NCBI GenBank assembly: GCA_017411745.1 | Contig: JAFQPM010000002.1 | Location: 79,810 to 143,809, forward strand | Length of the DNA: 64,000 nt | Direction: 5' to 3' | Origin: Clostridia bacterium | Lineage (GTDB): Bacteria > Bacillota > Clostridia > Oscillospirales > CAG-272 | Shown here: one piece after another, positions 56,664 to 64,000 of the stretch | Layout of the letters: every line of letters begins with the position of its first letter | How positions within the stretch are numbered: the first letter of the stretch is position 1 | Position numbers and translations under genes: made by a program | The notes under the pieces: generated by a model | Database searches by the model: none | Told to the model about the DNA's origin: nothing | The model's input: the letters and a program-made list of their open reading frames with translations, nothing else

Positions 56664-58907
56664 ATGGCGAAGAAAAAGAAACAGAACGAACCGCAGGAAA
56701 TCGTTTATGCCCCTATAGTTCCACAGCCTATTACAGAAACCATTGAGAAAAACTATATGCCCTATACCATGAGCGTTATAGTTTCCCGTGCTATTCCCGA
56801 GATAGACGGCTTTAAGCCCGCACACAGAAAGATCCTTTACACGATGTATAACATGGGTCTTTTGAAGGGTGCGAGAACCAAGAGCACGAACGTCGTGGGC
56901 TCGGTAATGAAGCTACATCCCCACGGTGATCAATCTATTTATGAAACCTTGGTACGTTTGACGCGTGGAAACGAGACCCTGCTTCACCCTCTCGTAGATT
57001 CCAAGGGAAGCTTTGGTAAGCAATATTCTTCTGATATGAAGCCTGCGGCGGCTCGTTATACCGAGGCTAAGCTCGACGGATTCTGCGCAGAGCTTTTCGA
57101 GGGTATCGACAAGAATGCGGTTGATATGGTCGATAACTACGACGGAACTATGAAGGAGCCCAGACTTCTCCCCACCACCTTCCCCAACATTCTCGTTACG
57201 CCTAACAGCGGTATCGCGGTTGGTATGGCTTCGGATATCTGCTCGTTCAATCTTGCCGAGATATGTGACGGCACTATTGCGATCCTCAAAAAGCCTGATA
57301 TTTCGGTTGACAAGATAATGGATATTATCAAAGCACCCGATTTTCCCGGCGGCGGTCAGATAATCTACGATCGCGAGCAGATGCGCGCTATATACGAGAC
57401 CGGCGACGGCTCGTTCAAGATTCGTTCGAGATATTCGTACGATCCTGCGGCTAACTGTATCGATATACTTCAGATTCCCTATTCCACCACTATTGAGCAG
57501 ATACTCAACAAGATCTCGCAGCTTGTTAAAGAGGGTAAGCTCAAAGAGGTCGTCGATTTCCGAGACGAGATCGACCTTAGCGGCTTCAGATTGACGCTTG
57601 ATCTTCGCAAGGGTGTTGACCCCGATAAGCTGATGCAGAAGCTCTTTAAAGCAACTCCTCTTGAGAGTAGCTTCAAGTGCAACTTTAACATTATAATCGA
57701 CGCGGAGCCCCGTCAGCTCGGAGTTATCGATATTCTTTCCGAATGGATAGAATTCAGAAAGTCTTGTCTTAGACGCGAGCTTACTTTTGATCTCGGTAAG
57801 AAAAAGGACAAGCTTCATCTCCTGCTCGGACTTGGAAAAATCTTACTTGATATAGATAAGGCTATCAGAATTATCCGTAAGACCGAAAAGGATGAGGACG
57901 TTATTCCCAATCTCTGCGCCGGCTTCAATATTGACGAGATACAAGCGAATTACATCGCGGATATAAAGCTCCGTAATCTTAACCGAGAGTATATACTTAA
58001 CAGGATCTCCGAGATCGAGGATCTCAAGAAGGAGATCGCTGATATCGAGGAGATACTTGCCGACGAATTTAAGCTCAAGGCGCTTATTGCAAAGCAGTTG
58101 ACCGATATCAAGAAGAAATACGGTCAGCCCAGAAAAACGCAGATACTCGAGGCGGAAAATGTCGAGGTCTACGTTGAGGAGAATACGGTTGAAAATTATC
58201 CTTGTAAGATAGTCCTTTCCCGCGAGGGTTATTTCAAGAAGATAACCTACCGTTCGCTTCAGGGTAACGACGAGCAATATTTCAAGGACGGCGACGGTCT
58301 GCGCCAGATATTCGACGCAGAAAACAAGGATACTGTGTTCTTCTTTACCGACAAGGCGCAGCTTTACCGCGCTGCTGTTAATGATTTTGAGAACTGCAAA
58401 GCGTCAGTAATCGGTGAATTCGTGCCTGCGGCTTTGAAGATGGATCCCGGTGAAAAGCCGATCTTTATGACTATACAAAGTGAATTCCGCGAGGGATATA
58501 ACTATGTGTTTGTATTTGAAAACGGCAAGGGTGTTCGCGTTCCCGAAAAGGCTTACGAGGTATCAAGTGTACGTCGAAAGCTCAAGGGTATATATTCTAC
58601 TGCTTCGCCGATAGTGGCGGTCTTCTCAGAGCAGGAAAAGAAGCCGTTTGATATAATGCTTGTCTCAAGTGAGGACAGGGCTATTATATTCAAATCCTCT
58701 CTTATTCCCGTTAAGGCGACTAAAACCGCTTCGGGCGTTCAGCTTATGACGGTTAAGAACAAACAGAAGATAGTTAAGGCTATATCGGATTTTGATAATA
58801 CGTCGGAGGCGACCAAGGGATACCGAAAGATCAAGCTTCCTGCGACCGGAATTTTGCTAAGCGACAAGGATATTAAAAATCGTCAGATAAGTATTGATGA
58901 GGTGTAA
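56664..58907 (+). CDS. type IIA topoisomerase A subunit (ParC/GyrA-like, divergent)
   Basis: YTMSVIVSRAIPEIDGFKPAHRKILY, HPHGD and the catalytic-Tyr motif AAARYTEAKL. The C-terminal beta-pinwheel-like repeats contain no GyrA-box that I can see. Confidence 0.85.
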   Translation: MAKKKKQNEPQEIVYAPIVPQPITETIEKNYMPYTMSVIVSRAIPEIDGFKPAHRKILYTMYNMGLLKGARTKSTNVVGSVMKLHPHGDQSIYETLVRLTRGNETLLHPLVDSKGSFGKQYSSDMKPAAARYTEAKLDGFCAELFEGIDKNAVDMVDNYDGTMKEPRLLPTTFPNILVTPNSGIAVGMASDICSFNLAEICDGTIAILKKPDISVDKIMDIIKAPDFPGGGQIIYDREQMRAIYETGDGSFKIRSRYSYDPAANCIDILQIPYSTTIEQILNKISQLVKEGKLKEVVDFRDEIDLSGFRLTLDLRKGVDPDKLMQKLFKATPLESSFKCNFNIIIDAEPRQLGVIDILSEWIEFRKSCLRRELTFDLGKKKDKLHLLLGLGKILLDIDKAIRIIRKTEKDEDVIPNLCAGFNIDEIQANYIADIKLRNLNREYILNRISEIEDLKKEIADIEEILADEFKLKALIAKQLTDIKKKYGQPRKTQILEAENVEVYVEENTVENYPCKIVLSREGYFKKITYRSLQGNDEQYFKDGDGLRQIFDAENKDTVFFFTDKAQLYRAAVNDFENCKASVIGEFVPAALKMDPGEKPIFMTIQSEFREGYNYVFVFENGKGVRVPEKAYEVSSVRRKLKGIYSTASPIVAVFSEQEKKPFDIMLVSSEDRAIIFKSSLIPVKATKTASGVQLMTVKNKQKIVKAISDFDNTSEATKGYRKIKLPATGILLSDKDIKNRQISIDEV

Positions 58908-58911
58908 TAAT

Positions 58912-59019
58912 ATGAGTGAGAAGAAAAGAAAATTTTGGATAAGATTTATGGCAATATTGCTCGTTGTACTGATGGTTGGATCGGTAGCATACGCTGCATT
59001 GGCTATGTTGTTGGCTTAA
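58912..59019 (+). CDS. small single-pass membrane protein (35 aa)
   Basis: MSEKKRKFWIRFMAILLVVLMVGSVAYAALAMLLA. GAGGTG RBS 7 nt upstream. Followed immediately by a strong terminator. Not in the ORF track because it is under 60 aa. Confidence 0.5.
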   Translation: MSEKKRKFWIRFMAILLVVLMVGSVAYAALAMLLA

Positions 59020-59020
59020 T

Positions 59021-59067
59021 AAAAGCAAAAAGCTCTGTACTGCTACGGTACAGAGCTTTTTGCTTTT
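59021..59067. terminator. bidirectional intrinsic terminator
   Basis: Perfect 20-bp stem (59021-59040 pairs with 59048-59067) with a 7-nt loop. A and T runs are built into the stem ends. Lies between convergent genes. Confidence 0.88.
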
Positions 59068-59071
59068 GAAA

Positions 59072-59638
59072 TCAGAAAAATAAGCTAAGGAACAGAAGTG
59101 CGGAGATCGTAATAGCCGAACCTCCAAGAAGCTGCAAAAACGTATGCCTTTTCATCTTAATGCTTGATATGAATACGAATATTGTCAACACCGCGCCGAC
59201 TGCTGCGGGAATATATAATCCCCAATATATCAGCATTGCTACGGGACCGACGATTCCGCAGGCGTGTCCGCTTGCTTTGAGGTGAAACAGCTTGTTGAAT
59301 ATTGCTATAAGCACTCCCGATATAAGATAATCGAGATATATAAACACTACCGTGTTTAACGGTGCGTTAAATATCAGGGCAAGCACGCAACCAAGAATAT
59401 ATCCGGCTACTGAAAATATTATCGCGAGATTTCTCTGTCCTTCTCTGCCCTTATCCTTATAGTGTGGTATAAAAGGTTGGAGAGGATATGAAAGTATCGG
59501 TAATATTCCAAGGAAGAATATTCCCAACAGCGTATCGACCAAGCCCAATGTCCTATATGCGCCCAGAATTATAAACAATGCTGACGCCATAATTGGTGGT
59601 ACAGTCGCCACACGAATGATCTTATATACTTTATTCAT
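59072..59638 (-). CDS. polytopic membrane protein, tentatively PAP2-like phosphatase
   Basis: About 6 TM helices. Contains KASGHACG and KMKRHTFLQ, which loosely match the PSGH and SRxxxxxH motifs of PAP2. Confidence 0.4.
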   Translation of the reverse strand: MNKVYKIIRVATVPPIMASALFIILGAYRTLGLVDTLLGIFFLGILPILSYPLQPFIPHYKDKGREGQRNLAIIFSVAGYILGCVLALIFNAPLNTVVFIYLDYLISGVLIAIFNKLFHLKASGHACGIVGPVAMLIYWGLYIPAAVGAVLTIFVFISSIKMKRHTFLQLLGGSAITISALLFLSLFF

Positions 59639-59665
59639 TATCTGCCTCGCTCGTTTTTGTATAAC

Positions 59666-59923
59666 TTAATCCTCGCAGCTCTCTTCGGAAGGCTCAACGT
59701 TAAACACTATAGTGTCTACTTCACCATCTCCTGTGGTGTCAAGCATGATCGCATCTGCCTCACCGTCACCGTCGATATCTACTGCGCCGAGCACCTCGGA
59801 CTTGTTTTTCTTTTGCAACAGCTTATATACAACAAATGCTACTGCTGCCGCTGCCGCCAATGCTGCAACTATGATCGCAATAGTCTTTAAGCAGGACTTT
59901 CCCTTTTTTGAAGTGTTTTCCAT
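59666..59923 (-). CDS. small single-pass membrane protein with tandem DxDGDG-type acidic loops (85 aa)
   Basis: GGAGG RBS. Ala-rich TM helix (IAIIVAALAAAAAVAFVVY) followed by DIDGDGEADAIML and DTTGDGEVDTIVF. Confidence 0.6.
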   Translation of the reverse strand: MENTSKKGKSCLKTIAIIVAALAAAAAVAFVVYKLLQKKNKSEVLGAVDIDGDGEADAIMLDTTGDGEVDTIVFNVEPSEESCED

Positions 59924-60105
59924 ATATCATACCTCCTTAAAAAATCATGAAAATTATTGTTGATTAAATTATACCATTTTACTGTTTAAAATATGTGAAT
60001 GACTTGTAAATTGTTAAAATCTTTTGGAGCTCGACAATATATATTCGTCCTGTTGGGAACAATATTATACAAATAAAAAACAAAATTTATTTGCGAGGAA
60101 AAATT

Positions 60106-61050
60106 ATGCAAAAGACAAATGCGCGCTCGTGCGCGATAATCGGATGCGGCAACGTCGGTGCGGCTACGGCGTATGCGCTTATGCACAGCAGACTTTTATC
60201 AAAGATCGTTCTTATAGATATAAACAAGAAAAAAGCCTTTGGAGAGGCGGAGGATATTTCGCATTCGCTTCCCTTTAATGCTCCTATGGAGATAATTGCG
60301 GGTGATTACCCCGATATTGCGGACTGTGGGATCGTTATTATTACTGCGGGAGCAAATCAAGTTCCCGGGGAGTCGCGGATAGCACTCTTGCAGGAGAATG
60401 CAAGGATTTTCAGAAGCATTATTGATAACGTGGTCAAATATAATCAGGACGGTATAGTGCTTATAGTGACTAACCCCGTGGATATACTGACCTATATTAC
60501 TCTTGCGCGCTCGGAGCTGCCCGCCGAGCGTGTGATCGGTTCGGGAACCGTTCTTGATACAGCAAGATTGAAGGAAAAGGTCGGACGCTATCTGGGAGTT
60601 GACAGTCGAAACGTGCATTCGTTCGTAATCGGTGAACATGGGGACAGTGAGGTAGCGGTCTGGAGCAGCGCGAACGTTTCGGGTATTGATCTTACGAGCT
60701 ATTGTGCCGAGCGCAAGATCGAATACGACAAATCCGCACTTGACAGACTTGCCGCGGAGGTTATGACGAGCGCCTACAGAATAATCGAGGCAAAGGGGGC
60801 GACTTACTACGGAATTGCGGATTCGGTACGTAGAATAGTCGCGGCGATAGTTAACGACGAGCACACTATTCTTCCTGTTTCGGCAAGGCTTAAGGGCGAA
60901 TACGGGCTTTACGACGTATGTATGGGAATTCCCTGCATCGTTGGCAGAAACGGAATTGAGCAGATATTGGAGATCCCTCTTGATGCGACCGAGCACTCGC
61001 GACTTCACAGATCTGCCGAGGCGTTGAAGGCGGCGATAGCAGAACTATAA
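60106..61050 (+). CDS. ldh: L-lactate dehydrogenase
   Basis: IIGCGNVGAA Rossmann motif, TNPVD and the catalytic region GEHGDSEV. The start is taken at the ATG at 60106; the ORF track uses a TTG at 60091. Confidence 0.9.
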   Translation: MQKTNARSCAIIGCGNVGAATAYALMHSRLLSKIVLIDINKKKAFGEAEDISHSLPFNAPMEIIAGDYPDIADCGIVIITAGANQVPGESRIALLQENARIFRSIIDNVVKYNQDGIVLIVTNPVDILTYITLARSELPAERVIGSGTVLDTARLKEKVGRYLGVDSRNVHSFVIGEHGDSEVAVWSSANVSGIDLTSYCAERKIEYDKSALDRLAAEVMTSAYRIIEAKGATYYGIADSVRRIVAAIVNDEHTILPVSARLKGEYGLYDVCMGIPCIVGRNGIEQILEIPLDATEHSRLHRSAEALKAAIAEL

Positions 61051-61052
61051 CA

Positions 61053-61086
61053 AAAAAGGAGAGAATCTTGAAGTTCTCTCCTTTTT
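61053..61086. terminator. bidirectional intrinsic terminator between ldh and the convergent operon
   Basis: 13-bp stem AAAAAGGAGAGAA/TTCTCTCCTTTTT. Confidence 0.85.
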
Positions 61087-61089
61087 GAG

Positions 61090-61674
61090 TTAATTGTACG
61101 TAGCTCGCGGTCCGCCGATATATTTGGGACGGGTGTAAGCGCAAATGACGTTTGCTTCGCCGATCTTCGAGATCGACAGGCGGATCGGTACCGCTACGTC
61201 CTTCAGATGCATTCCAATCAGTGTTCCGCCGATGTCAAAGCCTGCATGTGCTTTGATGTGTTCAACGATGACGGGGGTGATCATATTTTCGTAGGTAAGA
61301 GTTGCAAAAGAGCCACCTGCCTTGGGTTGAGGCACGACCGATACGGGCTCGTAGCCGTATTTTTCAGCACATTCTCTTTCTATCACGAGTGCTCTGTTGA
61401 GGTGCTCACAGCACTGAGCCGCCAAGAAGATCCCCTTTTTCTTTAAGATGGGATAGATCTCGCCAAAGACGATCTTTGCCGCCTCGTAGCTTGATCCCTT
61501 GCCTATGTTTGAGCCGAGAATTTCCGAGGACGAGCAGCCGACAATGAAAATGTCTCCTTCTTTAAGCGAGGTCTTTTCGAGCATTTCGTCTATAAGCGCT
61601 CGTGTTGCTTTCTTTATTTCTGTAGCAAACTCATCCTTTACAGATGCGTCTGCGCCTCTGTAAATATCCGACAT
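61090..61674 (-). CDS. UPF0340/TIGR01440 family protein (YwlG-like)
   Basis: Motifs DIFIVGCSSSEILG and AAQCCEHLNRALV are typical of this family. The ATG at 61674 overlaps the nagB stop (TAATG). Confidence 0.75.
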   Translation of the reverse strand: MSDIYRGADASVKDEFATEIKKATRALIDEMLEKTSLKEGDIFIVGCSSSEILGSNIGKGSSYEAAKIVFGEIYPILKKKGIFLAAQCCEHLNRALVIERECAEKYGYEPVSVVPQPKAGGSFATLTYENMITPVIVEHIKAHAGFDIGGTLIGMHLKDVAVPIRLSISKIGEANVICAYTRPKYIGGPRATYN

Positions 61675-62396
61675 TATTCTCCGCAAGCCTCGCTGTCACA
61701 AAGAACGATAACGTTGGGGTGGAGCTTGAGAAGTGTTGCAGGGCAAGCGGTCGTGATCCTATCCGAGAGGAGCTGCTTGAATACTTCTCTTTTTGCCTTA
61801 CCGTTGATAAGAAGCAGTATCTTCTTTGCGCTGAAGATAGTGCCCATACCCATTGTGAGTGCGCTCGTGGGGATGACCTCGTCCTCGGTGAAGAAGCGCG
61901 AGTTTGCCGCGATAGTGTTTTCGGTAAGCGCGGTCTTGTGAGTGTAGAGATAGAGATTTTCCTCGGGCTCGTTGAAGCCGATGTGACCGTTCTGACCAAT
62001 GCCAAGCACCTGAATATCTACAGTTCCAAGGCTCTTGACTATCTTTTCGTAGTTTTCACATTCTGCATCGGGGTCCTCTGCCTCGCCGTTCGGCACGTAG
62101 GTGTTTGCCTTGTCGATATTGACGTGGTCAAACAGATTATCGTTCATAAAGTAGCGGTAGCTCTGTCTGTTGCCGGGGGAGATAGGATAATATTCGTCAA
62201 GGTTGACGGTTTTGATATTTGAAAAATCGATCAAGCCCGACTTATTCATCTCAACGAGCTTTTTGTACATTCCAACGGGCGTAGAGCCGGTTGCAAGACC
62301 GAGTACGGAGTCACCCTTGACGTTGATCTGCTTAGCAATTATATCTGCTGCAGCGGCAGACATTTCTTCATAGCTTGAAAACTTTAAGATCTTCAT
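61674..62396 (-). CDS. nagB: glucosamine-6-phosphate deaminase
   Basis: GLATGSTP and VLGIGQNGHIGFNEP motifs. 240 aa. Confidence 0.92.
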   Translation of the reverse strand: MKILKFSSYEEMSAAAADIIAKQINVKGDSVLGLATGSTPVGMYKKLVEMNKSGLIDFSNIKTVNLDEYYPISPGNRQSYRYFMNDNLFDHVNIDKANTYVPNGEAEDPDAECENYEKIVKSLGTVDIQVLGIGQNGHIGFNEPEENLYLYTHKTALTENTIAANSRFFTEDEVIPTSALTMGMGTIFSAKKILLLINGKAKREVFKQLLSDRITTACPATLLKLHPNVIVLCDSEACGE

Positions 62397-62421
62397 AATT
62401 ATTTACCTTTCTGTATATTAA

Positions 62422-63579
62422 TTACCATTTATCAGTGTCATTTTCGGGAATGACCTCTTTCATTGCAATGATGGCGCACTCTATCATGCTATCGTCGGGC
62501 TCAAGCACGGTTATATGCTGAAGCCATACACCCGGTGCGGAAATTATGCGAGTGAGCCAGTTGTCGTGTTTTCCTGCAATCTTGATAAGCTCGTAGCCTA
62601 TGCCGACTATAAGCGGCAAAAGCAACAGCTTTATAAGAATACGAATAAGCATTTGAGGAACGAATCCGAATGCGAGTAAAAACAATGGGTCGATGAAGAA
62701 TGAGATCAATATGCTGACGAGAACCATAAGTATAAGGAAGCTCGTTCCGCATCTGGGGTGAAATCTTCTCTGCTTTTTTACGTTTTCAACGGTAAGCTCG
62801 AGCCCTGCCTCATAGCAGAAGATTGTTTTATGCTCAGCACCGTGGAATTGGAAGGTTCTTTTGATGTCCTTCATAAGCGTCATGAGTGCCATATATCCTA
62901 CGATGAGAACTATCTTCAAAATTCCTTCAAACACCGACTTAATAAGTGATTGAACTGCCTCGTTTTCATGCTTTAAAAACGGCATAATGTAGGTCGCACC
63001 CGTATAGATGACGGTGGGAAGTACGAAAAAGAGCCCAATGGAAAGCAAAATTCCAAGAACTGTACCGATCGTCATAACGATTGCCGTCATTGCGGAGCTT
63101 TCTTTTTTTTCGGTTGGTTTTTCAGCTGAATTTTCTTCGTTTGACTCTGTTTCGCAAGCGGGGTCGTCCGTGGTAACCGTATCGGTGGCTTCTGCGGTGA
63201 TCTGCTCATCCTTTGGGGTGGTATTTCCCTTTTTCTCTGCCTTTTTTGCCGCCTTTGCGGCCTTTTTTGCCTCTTTTTCTTTACGCATCTCCTCTTCTGC
63301 TTCTTCGAGCCCCGAAATCTCTGCCGAGCGCATAAGGCACTTCGTACCCATGGTCATAGAGTCGATATAATTGAAGAGTCCGCGAATTATAGGAAGCTTG
63401 AAAAATTTAGCTCGCTTTTTGGTCTCGGTGGGAAACTTTTCGAGCACGATCTCACCTTGTGTGTTTCGCACAGCCATTGCGGTGGTCTCGGGGCCGCGCA
63501 TCATTATTCCTTCCATCAATGCCTGACCGCCGATGGAAGTTTTCTTTACGCAACAGCTATTATCTTTTTTTCTGCTCAT
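62422..63579 (-). CDS. DUF1385 (YqhQ-like) membrane protein with charged insertion
   Basis: N-terminal GGQALMEGIMMRGP and FHGAEHKTI motifs. Contains a low-complexity Lys/Glu/Ala insertion of roughly 70 aa. Confidence 0.8.
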   Translation of the reverse strand: MSRKKDNSCCVKKTSIGGQALMEGIMMRGPETTAMAVRNTQGEIVLEKFPTETKKRAKFFKLPIIRGLFNYIDSMTMGTKCLMRSAEISGLEEAEEEMRKEKEAKKAAKAAKKAEKKGNTTPKDEQITAEATDTVTTDDPACETESNEENSAEKPTEKKESSAMTAIVMTIGTVLGILLSIGLFFVLPTVIYTGATYIMPFLKHENEAVQSLIKSVFEGILKIVLIVGYMALMTLMKDIKRTFQFHGAEHKTIFCYEAGLELTVENVKKQRRFHPRCGTSFLILMVLVSILISFFIDPLFLLAFGFVPQMLIRILIKLLLLPLIVGIGYELIKIAGKHDNWLTRIISAPGVWLQHITVLEPDDSMIECAIIAMKEVIPENDTDKW

Positions 63580-63695
63580 CTATAAAGGATATCCTTTCAC
63601 TTCATTATTTAGTATAAAACATATTGTCAAGTAATATTACCACGAATATGTTAACAGCGTGTGAAAATTGATAATATTTCAGAAAAAAAGCGATA

Positions 63696-63728
63696 AAAAG
63701 CTCCGAAGCATAGGCCTCGGAGCTTTTT
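63696..63728 (-). terminator. intrinsic terminator after the partial right-edge gene
   Basis: AAAAAGCTCCGAAG...CCTCGGAGCTTTTT stem with one mismatch. Confidence 0.75.
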
Positions 63729-63737
63729 AGCTGAATT

Positions 63738-64000
63738 TTATTCGGGAATATAGACATTTCCGCTATGGATCTGACATTCATAAAGACTGTATGCGCTATC
63801 TATGGTAGTGGGATCATCGGCATAGATGTTACCGTTGTATTTTACGATAGCTGTATCCCCTACCTTGAGAATGCCCGCTTTGAAATAACGAAGCAGCTTT
63901 ATATCCGTGGTCTTTACCGTAAATTCGATACCGTCCTCCTCGTTCTCCATCATCGGTGCGTCGTTTATCTTGAAGTAGTCCTCGCCTATCTCGGTTATCG
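63738..64000 (-). CDS. hypothetical protein, probably partial (the frame stays open to the right window edge)
   Basis: The frame reads ...ITEIGEDYFKINDAPMMENEEDGIEFTVK...SGNVYIPE with a stop at 63738. No motif recognised. It could alternatively start at the Met at 63953. Confidence 0.45.
   Translation of the reverse strand, partial: ITEIGEDYFKINDAPMMENEEDGIEFTVKTTDIKLLRYFKAGILKVGDTAIVKYNGNIYADDPTTIDSAYSLYECQIHSGNVYIPE

Noticed and set aside
59924-60105. Looked for a Rex operator upstream of ldh
   Set aside because: Only partial half-sites are present (ATGTGAATGACTTGTAAA), with no inverted-repeat symmetry. That is not enough to call a site.
1-64000. Searched by eye for CRISPR repeats, tRNA/rRNA genes, IS elements or transposases, integrases, phage genes, toxin-antitoxin pairs and known defence-system signatures
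   Set aside because: None was found. Intergenic regions are short (at most about 340 nt) and are accounted for by promoters, terminators, the T-box and one structured leader. No repeated spacer-repeat periodicity and no recombinase-like ORF is present. This was a visual scan only, so small or degenerate elements could have been missed.

Overview
This window is a Firmicutes/Clostridia-type chromosomal segment, about 90% coding and dominated by housekeeping genes. Evidence for the lineage: PolC and DnaE are both present, along with WhiA and a T-box leader.

The left 12 kb is the conserved minus-strand cluster thrS, pyrH, frr, uppS, cdsA, dxr, rseP, ispG, polC (polC is truncated at the window edge). 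Three MEP-pathway genes are present: dxr, ispG and ispE.

The rest of the window contains:
- Information processing: tex, an rsuA-like gene, dnaE, whiA, prfA, tsaC/sua5 and a ParC/GyrA-like A subunit.
- Envelope: PBP1A, murB, an SLT lytic transglycosylase and an HtrA-like protease.
- Chaperone and metabolism: htpG, pgcA, ldh, nagB, mgsA, coaE, a CoA-disulfide-reductase/rhodanese fusion, an orphan MsmX-type ABC ATPase, an M18 aminopeptidase and comEC.

I found one RNA element, a Thr (ACC) T-box leader upstream of thrS. There are several perfect TTGACA-17-TATAAT promoters and many clear intrinsic terminators. I found no rRNA, tRNA, CRISPR array, transposase, integrase, phage gene or recognisable defence system.

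Most of the many 270-420 aa antisense ORFs in the supplied track sit in codon register with a real gene. I explain them by avoidance of TTA/CTA/TCA codons and do not call them genes.

I see no convincing novel system. The most interesting loci are:
- A tandem pair of paralogous 2-TM/zinc-ribbon membrane proteins behind a consensus promoter and a structured leader (49.1-50.5 kb).
- A PHP-phosphoesterase plus truncated MutS-family ATPase pair (22.3-24.8 kb).
- A glucuronate-isomerase-like protein with a degenerate active-site signature in an odd three-gene operon (19.6-22.2 kb).
- A shortened prephenate-dehydratase/ACT-like protein translationally coupled to htpG.
- A compositionally foreign single-gene cdr island.
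- A ParC/GyrA-like subunit with no B subunit nearby.

All functional calls come from reading the translations by eye. No database search was run.
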